DNA of 64,000 nucleotides from Octopus vulgaris (Eukaryota): NCBI GenBank assembly GCA_951406725.2, contig OX597835.1, positions 3,224,001 to 3,288,000 of the forward strand, read 5' to 3'. Shown piece by piece: positions 41,947 to 51,748 of this stretch (position 1 is its first letter; each line of letters starts with the position of its first letter). The notes under the pieces were generated by a model. It saw only the letters and a program-made list of their open reading frames with translations, ran no database searches and was not told where the DNA came from. The position numbers and the translations under genes were made by a program.

Positions 41947-42391
41947 TTTGTAGCCTTTTATTCACTAGATGACTCTGTCAAATGGAAAAAACAAAACTGA
42001 CAACGAACTAACGCTGAACAGACGCAACAAGGAAAAAAACAAAGGGAAAAAGAAAGGAAGAAAGAAAGAAAGAAAGACCAACAATTGAACCAATAAATTT
42101 TGAATGTGCAATTTACAAAAAAAAAAAATGTTTTTTTTCTTTTGTTTTCTTTTGATTGTACTGTGTGCACAGAGAATAGAAAAATTCTTTCTTTTTTGTT
42201 TTACCAACCTTCGTCGCGTTTTAATCGAGAAAAAAAATTTCTTCTCTTTTTTTCTTCCGTGCGTGAGTGTAGATGAAGAAACAAACTGTTGAAAGTGACT
42301 GGAAAACAGGTTGGTCGTGTTTCAGACTTGGCAGAAAAACTGGATTTTTTTCTTTTTGTTGAGTGTTCTCTGGAACTTCGGGGGTCACCAC

Positions 42392-42957
42392 TGTAACGTT
42401 TTGTGTGAATATCTTCTCTGCACTGTTTGGGGTGCAAGAAGCAATCACTTTCCGTTGCTTTAATAATCCAGAATTCTACCAGTCAAAGAAACACAAAACG
42501 CAGACGTAAAAGAATAGATATACTTTATTGTTTTATACCGGTGAGAAATCAGTGGTATATCTGATATCCTTGGTTCTGGGCGCGCAAGGCTGAAAGTTAA
42601 TCTCTTGTAAGGTTACAATGTTCAGCCGCTAAAAACAGAACGGGTTAAAGATGGCGGCGGAAAATGAAGACGACGTTGTCTGCAACAATTTGGTAAAAAA
42701 CATTCGGCCGACTGCTATCAAAGCTGGAACGAGAGAAATATACGTCTGCTGGTATCAAAGGCCTTCTGCTTTCTCTGCTGTCTCTGCTGGACGCTGATGG
42801 TCAAGGTTTTTGCGTTCCCTTGCCTCTTTTCTAAGGGTCGCTTTTCCTAGCCAATCAGCTAATTCCACGATAGCAATATTCCCTCTTCTGTTGATGTAAA
42901 TACGCGCGAATCAGAAAAGGGCGTTGCGCGCGCGCGCTGTTGTATAGCGTCACTACA
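42392..42957 (-). repeat. 5' LTR (566 bp)
   Basis: TGTA..TACA, adjacent to the PBS. Confidence 0.93.
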
Positions 42958-43295
42958 AGCCTTACATATTTGTTTGCGACAGAAATAATAATAATATAGA
43001 AGTCAGAAAACCTTGAAGTAAGAACATTCATTCAGTGTTAACAGTATGGAGAATGTTTACGGACAAACGCTTCGAAGGCGTCATCTTCATCAAAATATAT
43101 ACTTAGATTCGTATTTTTGGTGCAATTAAATTAGCTATATTACTAATTGTTTAAATGGTAAATCTTGGATTTTCAGAACAGCTAAAAGATAATTGTTACC
43201 TAAACTTCAGCTGTAGACTTCTGCTTCTTTGTAAGAAAAAAATGCTTTTCTATTAATGACTCTCACTGCTATATTTGTCTATCATCAGGTGCGTG

Positions 43296-43359
43296 ATGAA
43301 AGGCATCAGTGTCCTATTGTTTTGTGTATTCATTTCATACACCTTCTCGGTTAAACAAA
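43296..43359 (+). CDS. Cysteine-rich peptide precursor, coding exon 1 (signal peptide)
   Basis: Acceptor tttgtctatcatcAG at 43288; ATG at 43296; MKGISVLLFCVFISYTFSVKQ; donor A|GTAAGT, phase 1. Confidence 0.8.
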
Positions 43360-44006
43360 GTAAGTATAATTGTAAAATTCTTTTATTTTATAATAATTTG
43401 AAATGTAGTAGGGAAAAAAGGGGGAAAATAGAAAGGTGGAAAAGAGGAAAATGAATAACGCTACCTCAGCGGTCTTTCGGTTATACTCCATTTATATGTT
43501 TTAACAGCTTTCAAATAAATAACTCACTTTTTATATACACTACTCTTAGACCGAGTATACGGATTTACGCTACTTCTATATAATATATGACATTTAATTA
43601 ACAATATAACTGACGAATCTTTTATATACAAATCGAGAAGAATTCTAGTGGTGTGCTCTCATCTGTTACTCCTGTATTTGATCAGAACGTAAGCACGAAC
43701 GCAATTCCTCTAAGCATATTTTGTCGAGCTAACGATTCTTTTCACACACGCCGACGCCTTTAGAATTCTTCATTATTAAAATAATTAAGGGAAGAGAATC
43801 AGCAAATGATGTATATAATGTTTCATGTGTTGTTTTGTTTGTTTTCCTGCCATTCCTTTTTATTGCTCTTTATTGGTTTTTATCTCCTTTTATGTATTAA
43901 AAACATCCATCACTACAGAGATGAGCCATATTTAAGTGTAGGAGTGAGGAAATTCGAGTTCCGGTCGTCATGATCCTCCATCTTGTTTCAGATGGTGTTA
44001 CCATAA

Positions 44007-44168
44007 ATACATTCTCCTCTATTCAATGAATTATACATTATCCTCCATTTGATACATTCTCCTCCATTCAATGAATTATACATTATCCTCCATTTGATAC
44101 ATTCTCCTCTATTCAATGAATTATACATTATCCTCCATTTGATACATTCTCCTCTATTCAATGAATTA
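44007..44168. repeat. 45-bp minisatellite, about 3.6 copies
   Basis: Unit atacattctcctctattcaatgaattatacattatcctccatttg. Confidence 0.9.
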
Positions 44169-44265
44169 CCTGTTGAGTGCTTCATGGGTATTTTGTGTAT
44201 TTCCACACGAAATATCGGTAAATGGATATTTACTTCTTCCATATATATTTTAATATCTCTTTTAG

Positions 44266-44314
44266 ATGTCGCTCTCTTCCATCAAGAGACAGGTTTGAGT
44301 AGAAAGAATGAAAG
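44266..44314 (+). CDS. Cysteine-rich peptide precursor, coding exon 2 (propeptide)
   Basis: Acceptor taatatctcttttAG; 49 nt encoding (N)VALFHQETGLSRKNE(S); donor AG|GTAAGA. Phase 1 in, phase 2 out, which bridges exons 1 and 3 exactly. Confidence 0.78.
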
Positions 44315-44371
44315 GTAAGAACAACATATGTACGTCTCATACAAATGTAATTAATTTAGTATTGGCAAGAT

Positions 44372-44728
44372 AAGAAAGTTCATTTTCGGCACTTGATGCT
44401 TTGGGAATCAGACAAAAATTGCTGCAGCTCGGCTGCATATTCACCAGATATTGCACCTTCGGATTTTCACTTATTTAGGTCCCTGCAGAATAGTCTTAAT
44501 GGTAAAAATTTCAATTCCTTGGGTGACGTAAAAGGATACCTTGATGAATTCTTTGCCATGAAACCACTTCAGTTCTGGGAAGAGGGTATTTTCAAGTTAA
44601 ATGAAAGATGGAGATCATTGTGAAACAAAATGGTTCATATTTGGTTGATTAAAAATGTAATGGGCAGGTATTTATTGACCTTTTTCTTTCCTTTAAAAAT
44701 CGGCACGAACATTCCGCACAACCCAACA
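44372..44728 (+). mobile_element. Internally deleted mariner element
   Basis: AYSPDIAPSDFHLFRSLQNSL..FWEEGIFKLNERW transposase C-terminus, then TIR aaaatcggcacgaacattccgcacaaccca. Confidence 0.8.
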
Positions 44729-44739
44729 GAAGCTGAAGC

Positions 44740-45400
44740 GTTGCAACAGTTGTCCAGTGTTACCATCCTCCTCTTTGGTTTCCAAAGAGATATTCATGCG
44801 AGCAAGACCGGAGATCTCTATGACAGTTTTTTCATTTTCTTGCTTGCTTCAAGTTATGTTATCCGACCGGTTATTTTTACATTGACAGATATTCTGATGT
44901 TAATATTCCACCAGCATTCGTTTCGTTGATGTCTATGTATGTATGTAACAACAGGGTTTCACTATATACATTCCAGGACAATCTTACTACCGGAATGGCA
45001 TTGTTTCTCTTGTGTTGGCGACAACGTCGTGTCGCGTAGGGCGGTAGTACCTTGATATTTTTTGGTAGCTGTTGATCCTATGTGTGATGTCTGGATATAA
45101 TGGGGGAAATAGAATGTCCACAATCAAGCGACACTGTTGCAAGTTTCCAACGGTTTCCAACGGTTTTTCTTTCGTTCACTTCAAACAGTTGAGGTTTGTT
45201 TCTGAAAATCTGTTCCGGCCATCCCCACATTCGCCACTTTTCACCTTCCTGTTCATCTGTCATCATGTCGTTGGACACGAAATGGTAGTGAAGGAATGTG
45301 GCAGCATTCAGTTTGTGCATAATGTTTGGTCAAATGAGTTAATAGCTTTCTGTAAACTCTGTGCTTTCATTCTGGGCTGCCGGCTTCGTTGTGTGTCAAT
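44740..45400 (-). mobile_element. Possible highly decayed Tc1/mariner-superfamily transposase remnant
   Basis: Faint similarity in order to CRxWG, VTVWCG, TARETM and RSPDL..FLW motifs across frames. Recognised by eye only. Confidence 0.3.
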
Positions 45401-46102
45401 GTGACCTTCCACACACACACACACATACATAGGTGCAGGTGTGGCTGTGTGGTAACAAACTTGGTTCCAAAACACATGGTCCTCAGTTCAGTCCCACTGT
45501 GTGGTAACTTGGCATGTGTCTTCTGCTATAGCCTCAGACCAACCAAAGCCTTGTCAGTGGATTTTGTAGACAGAAACTGAAAGAAATGAATTGTATATAT
45601 ATATGTATATATAAATGTAAGTCTATGAGTGTGTCTTTGCGTTTCTCCCTCATCACTGCTTCACAACTAGTGTTGGTTTATTTAAATCCCCATAACTTAC
45701 TGGTGTCAGAAGAAACTGATAAAATAAGTACCAGGAATATCAAAATAAAAAAACCGACTATGCAGTGTCTCATATTTTTGTTTGCCCAGTTGTATCTACC
45801 AATTTATCTTTGTGTGTGTGTGTGTGTATGTATGTATATATGGATTTCGTAGACAGGAACTGAAACAAATCAATCTTATATATATGTATGTATATATGTA
45901 AGTGTATGTGTCTGTCTTTGTCTCTGTGTTTCACCCTCATCACTGCTTCACAACTGCTGTTCATTTATTTACATCCCTATAACTTATTGGTTTCACAAGA
46001 ACAAACTAATAGAATAAGTACCAGGCTTATCAACATAAAAAAGCACTAGGCTGTGTCTCATATTTTTGTTTGCGCACTCAGTTGTATCTATCAATTTATC
46101 TT

Positions 46103-46157
<55 letters not shown>

Positions 46158-47423
46158 CACCCTAATGGCGGCCTTAACTCCCAAATTTTAGTCATGTCTT
46201 TTATGATCCAAAACTAGGTCAAAAGTACTGAATGGATATTTATGAAATTTGGATATTATATTCTATGCATAAGGGCCATAACCCCCATGATAATTCATAT
46301 ATTTTTGCTGTTGATAAAATTTTAACCGTAGATATTAGACACAACTGAAGTAATTTAAAAAAAATTTCATCTTCTTACAAGTTAGAAAGACCCCTCCATG
46401 GGGACTTTTGTCATTTTATCTAAGCAAAAACGAATGCAGTTGTGCTCTTAGAAGCTGTAGGGTTACCAGAGCATAAAAGATGAGCATTATTCAATGGTGC
46501 AAAAGTGTAACAGCTTGCTTTCACATACACTTACATTGTTATTTCTGTAATGTGCTGCATAAATTGTCAAGTAAATGACAGGCATCTTTGCCTCCACTGA
46601 TTCAGTTGCAAAGTGTTGAGTAAAGTTATTTGATTGCAGACCTACTTTCAGTCATTTTATTATCACTGGGTCACACATAGTCCCCAGATGGTAACACTGA
46701 TTTTATGGCCTTCCCAAATGCGTGACTTGTTATTCAAAGACGTTCATAGATTGCAAATTTATTCTGCCCAGTTACGTATCAGTGTAGTGGTCATTTGCAA
46801 ACTCCAGAGGTGACATTTTCATTTCTCCTTAGCCCTCACGTCACACAGTTGTTAATTTTTATTTCAGTTGGGTCACGCCCTTGCAATTGCTATAGATCCA
46901 TAATGCATCTAACGGCTGTGCCTGTCACCTGGATGGTGAGAAAGCCTACTTTGGAAGTGGTAACGACTAGGGTAGGGTAGCTGATGCTTATTGTGATCAT
47001 TCGTCTTTTCGTTTCCTGTAGCTTTACTGTCTTTTACAAACCCAGTGAACATATATTTCCTATTTCAAAGAAATTCAAACAATAGATATAAGACCCAAGT
47101 TAAAAAGATTCTCAACAATGCAACTTCTCTGCTTGACATTAAGACACCCACGCCCAACAGGGGCCTTAACTCTCACATTTTAGAGCTCCATGATCTTCAT
47201 TTTTCAGGAGCAAAATCCTTTTAACAGATTCGATAAGACTGGAATTTTGGAATATGCGCATAAAAATCAGTAGTATGGGATACATGTAGCACGATTACAA
47301 TTTTTTTAGGGTGTGTAAAGAGGGAACCAACGCTTATCTACAATTTTGAAGAAATTCGAATCATAGATATTCCAGTTCATTACAGAAAATATAACAGAAA
47401 AGTCTAATTCTTCAATTGCATGT

Positions 47424-47453
47424 AACATGGGCAACGCCGGGTATCTCTGCTAG
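47424..47453 (+). mobile_element. Helitron-like 3' terminus
   Basis: gggcaacgccggg..tgCTAG|t, similar to the end of the 25123-25422 element. The 5' end was not located. Confidence 0.5.
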
Positions 47454-47496
47454 TTTAATAATATTTTGTATTCTCTACTATATTTTGTATTTACAG

Positions 47497-47710
47497 TGAA
47501 AGGATTAAGAGAACTGCATGTTCAAAACAAGGATGTGCGGGTCAAGGAATAAGTAAAATATGTGTATGCTGCCGCGGTTACAACTGTATACGAACCAGAG
47601 ATTATTGCGCGTGTCGTAAAAGTATAGCCGGTTCGGTTCACGTGACTAATAACATTATAGTCCAAACCGTAATCGCCTTTCTGGTTTTTTCTCGTAAATT
47701 TACCATCTAA
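47497..47710 (+). CDS. Cysteine-rich peptide precursor, coding exon 3 (RIKR site, 8-Cys mature peptide, hydrophobic tail)
   Basis: Acceptor tattttgtatttacAG, phase 2. Encodes ERIKR-TACSKQGCAGQGISKICVCCRGYNCIRTRDYCAC-RK-SIAGSVHVTNNIIVQTVIAFLVFSRKFTI*. Confidence 0.82.
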
Positions 47711-47854
47711 TTGGCGTGCTGCTCTGGTGAAGTTTGAAGGTAAACTACAGACGTAAGATTGTTTTTATTGATGGCGGAAATCGATGAGAAGAAATGCAGA
47801 CAAAACAGCAAAAATACACTCAACAACAAGATCAACAACATGCTGCTACTACTT

Positions 47855-48490
47855 CTATCTTCCTCCTCCCCCTCCTCACTCCCTCCCCTTCTTCCTCCTC
47901 CTCCTCCACTCTTCCTCCTCCTCCACTTCCTCCTCCTTCCCCTTCATCATCCTCATTCCCTCCATTCTTCCCCCTATTCCTCTGCTTCCCATTAATCCTC
48001 CTCCTACACTTCCCATTAATCCTCCTCATTCCCTCCCCACTTCCTCCTCCTACACTTCCCATTCATCCTCCTCATTCCCTCCCCACTTCCTCCTCCTACA
48101 CTTCCCATTCATCCTCCTCATTCCCTCCCCACTTCCTCCTCCTACACTCTCCATCCTCCTCCTCCCCTTCTCCTCTTCCCCTTCACCATCTCATTCCCTC
48201 CATTCTTCCCCCTATTCCTCATTTTCCCATTCATCCTCCGCATTCCCTCCACCCTTCATCCACCTCATCCTCCTCCCCACTTCCCCTTCATCCTCCTCAT
48301 TCCCTCCACCCTTCATCCTCCTCCTCCTATTCCACTTCCCCTTCATCCTCCTCCAACACTTCTCACTTCCTCCTCCTCCTCCCCAATTCCTCCTTTTCCC
48401 CACTTCCTCCGCCTCTCCTCTTCCTCCTCCTCCCCACTTCTTCTTCCTCCTCCCCGCTTCCCTCCCCACTTCCTCCTCCTCCTCCTCTTA
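47855..48490 (+). repeat. Polypyrimidine (CCT/CTT-rich) tract
   Basis: About 630 bp almost devoid of G; AATAAA follows at 48531. Confidence 0.9.
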
Positions 48491-48956
48491 TCTAACCAAT
48501 CGTCAGATCCTATGGCAGTAGAAAACTACGAATAAACATCAAGAGACATAGTGAAATATAAAACATTAACGAGCAGAAGTTTGATTCTGTAATTTATCCT
48601 GGAGAGGAATTCACGTGCGTTGCACCAAGAACTGAAAATGGTAAAAGAAGAGAAAATCTGCAAACCATAACTTACAACTCTGACTTTTCTTACAAACCCA
48701 ACTTAATACAACAAATACATTTAATATCTAATATATTTATGCTATTAACCCCTCAAATTTTAATGAAATTCCAATGAAATAAAAATATTAAAGCATCGCA
48801 AGTACTTGGTGTTTCGATATTCGCTGTGCTATTTGTTTTTAATCTATTGAAACGGTAAGAAAATCTCAGTGCTTCGTTCTTCGCTGTGGTGTTGGCCTTT
48901 AAGTTATGGATATGGATGTTAAGATTTTACATTGCAAGGTCACACAATATTATTGT

Positions 48957-48959
<3 letters not shown>

Positions 48960-49006
<47 letters not shown>

Positions 49007-49262
49007 AGCGATGGGCCACATACCCCAGAAATAATCATGTGCTCAGTCGCATCCCGCGGTGATTGGTGATATGACATAGCTGCAGAGGATGGCCAACGAC
49101 CTTTGTTGCAGCTGCCACGCCACATCCCGTGTTGCACTTGGTTTGATGAGGATTTTTCTGTAATTCCTTGAAAGTTGGACGACCACGAAATCTCGTACAT
49201 TTTCTTGAAATATTGTAGAAAAAATGTCAAATATTGAAACCCACACAAACATACACTCACAC

Positions 49263-49270
<8 letters not shown>
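48960..49270 (-). repeat. Dispersed ~300-bp repeat, inverted copy of 63695-64000
   Basis: ORF-track peptides KPSATRDVAWQLQQRSLAIL.SYVISPITAGCD occur at both loci; the DNA is clearly alignable. Confidence 0.85.
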
Positions 49271-49341
<71 letters not shown>

Positions 49342-49479
49342 TATATTAAATTAGAGATAAAACCACTTTTAGGCAAATCAAACAATGAAAAACTTAAGCC
49401 AATACAGAAAATTAATTAATTTAAATTATTTTAAATATATATCAAAAGTATTAAAAGATTAATAAAAGATAATGATTAA

Positions 49480-49553
49480 AACACTACGATCGTTTCATGT
49501 CTGTCCAATTCGTAATAATTCGAGTTATGGTTACAGTCAATCTTCAGGTGATT
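49480..49553 (-). ncRNA. Type I hammerhead ribozyme (Penelope-type)
   Basis: Minus strand: cac CTGAAGA [imperfect stem II] GAAA cgatcg TA|gtg. Palindromic stem III ACGATCGT; stem I cac/gtg. Confidence 0.6.
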
Positions 49554-49613
49554 GAAATATCTAAAATATAATCAAAAATATTTAAACAATATTTTTAAGA
49601 TATAAATAATATA

Positions 49614-50202
49614 ATAACGTAAGGGGGATCAGCCATCTGAATGTGGCTAGGGACAGGGCGGGGTGGTGGGGGTGTTACTGATGCATTTAGCCCCAGGCGA
49701 TCATCGACGTCACCAGAAGGACCGACACCATGACGGTGTCCTTGCTAGCCTGTAAAGGGAGATCAGCCTCCCCGAAGATACGGATACTACATACGGACCG
49801 GTTTCGAGGTAATTGCCTCTTATCAACGCATGGTAAGCACCGTTCTTCGATGAGGGACTCTCTCCACAGGCTGCATATATAAGGATTTTCACAGTAACCA
49901 CAGTCACTGATGTAGAAAAACCGTTCGAAAACAATAATAAATCTCTGAGCGAGATATAAACAGTAACTGCTCTATAACTGCTGTAGTATCCGTATCTTCG
50001 GGGAGGCTGATCTACCTTTACAGGCTAGCAAGGACACCGTGATGGTGTCGGTCCTTCTGGTGACGTCGATGATCGCCTGGGGCTAAATGCATCAGTAACA
50101 CCCCCACCACCCCGCCCTGTCCCTAGCTACATTCAGATGGCTGATCCCCCTTACGTTATAGAGCAGTTACTGTTTATATCTCGCTCAGAGATTTATTATT
50201 GT
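49614..50202. repeat. Interleaved double inverted repeat
   Basis: 49614-49791 is the inverse of 49982-50159 (178 bp, about 3 mismatches). 49931-49978 is the inverse of 50155-50202 (48 bp). Confidence 0.9.
49791..49831 (-). ncRNA. Minimal type I hammerhead ribozyme, U3-A8 variant
   Basis: Minus strand: ATGCG TTGATAA GAGG caatta CCTC GAAA CCGG TC|CGTAT. Confidence 0.7.
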
Positions 50203-51748
50203 AATAATATAATAATTTTACTTATAATAAACTCTATTATCAAACTAGAAACATAGAACTTAACAATTATGATTATATCAAAATCGACTATAATGTTAAA
50301 TATTAATTTTAATTTATAAGGTAGGAAACCCACCCATAATCTAATATCGGTATTAGTCTATATCTAATTACATAAATATTTTAAAATGACTAATATATAT
50401 AAATTATCAATGAAAATATATAAATGTATATAAATATTATAATTAAGATCTAAAATAATCTCTATAAATAAATATATATGCACATATAATAAAAACCTAA
50501 TAAATTTAATTTTTCATATTTAAAGATGAAATAGCTAATTTCAAAATAAAAATAAACAAACTTAAACGAACTTTCAGAAATCTTATGTAAAATACTTTTA
50601 GAAATAATTCATTCGTAGTAATATAGTATCGAATAAACACTATAAATACTATAAATATAATTATCAATGGGAATAACTAGCGAATATCTATTTAAAGAAA
50701 TAACTAAGTTAAAACAACGATATTTACATAAGGGGAATATTATTACTCCAAAGACTTATACAATATCAAAATTTACAATTTGAAGATCTTAAATAAATAC
50801 ATACTTATCTTAGCGAGGTTTAGCAATGAACTAAAATTTTGAATCGGAAAACGTCTTTACAGCGTTTATTAGAATACTCTCGTAATTACGTTATTATTAA
50901 AAAAAAAGAATAAATTGTTGAAGAATTCAATACGGGTGAGGAACCTACGTTTTATTAATGATTGTGAATGGGAAAATTATTTGTTTATCATTGTAAATAG
51001 AATGAAGTCACAAATAAAGAATAAAATCTCTCTATACTATAATATTATTTAATAAAATAACTATGATAAATGAAACTTAATACAAAATAAATTAAATGAT
51101 TTAAATGATTAAAAACCACTAATTATTAAATATATTCTAAAAATCTTATGAGATTAATAAATATATAAAAATTTATTTATATAGTAACCCCTCAACATAC
51201 TATAAAGTCTTTCCCATGCTTTTATAATTATAAGCTAAAATTAGTGATCATAACCAAAACTATAAATACTTATCAAAATTTGTAGTATAACTATACATAC
51301 GTATACATAAATATATAAAAAAAATATGTATACATATATATATACATATATATATACATACATATACATATACATACACATATACACATACATACACACA
51401 TACATACATATACATATATACACACATATATACACACACATACACGCATACACATCTTCACACTCATACATACATGTACATACATACAATACTCAATATA
51501 TACACTTACACCTATATATACACACCCACACACATACAAATAAATAAATGTATATACATATACATATATATACACACACATCATCATATACACATATATA
51601 CATACACACACAACCACATATATCATATAATAAATACATATATAAATGTCTATAATCATACTACAATAGAAAATAGAGGTAAATATTAAGTTAAATCTAA
51701 ATAATTAATCTACTAATCTATACTTCTATATATATATATATATATATA

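Larger units (their letters stand above)
37257..42957 (-). mobile_element. Full-length Ty3/Gypsy LTR retrotransposon
   Basis: Two TGTA..TACA LTRs and a 4-bp TSD AGCC (37253-37256 / 42958-42961). PBS TGGTGACCCCCGAAG next to the 5' LTR (42390-42376). PPT-like GTGGGGGAGCC next to the 3' LTR. Domain order gag-PR-RT-RH-IN. Confidence 0.95.

Noticed and set aside
44007-44168. CRISPR-like or coding repeat
   Set aside because: Contiguous 45-bp units with no spacers, in a eukaryotic intron; a minisatellite.
47784-48521. Pro/Ser/Leu-rich 245-aa and 233-aa ORFs
   Set aside because: Low-complexity CCT repeat that lacks stops because of its composition.
50203-51240. Extremely AT-rich block as a NUMT or decayed gene
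   Set aside because: No recognisable mitochondrial, rRNA or protein motif could be read.
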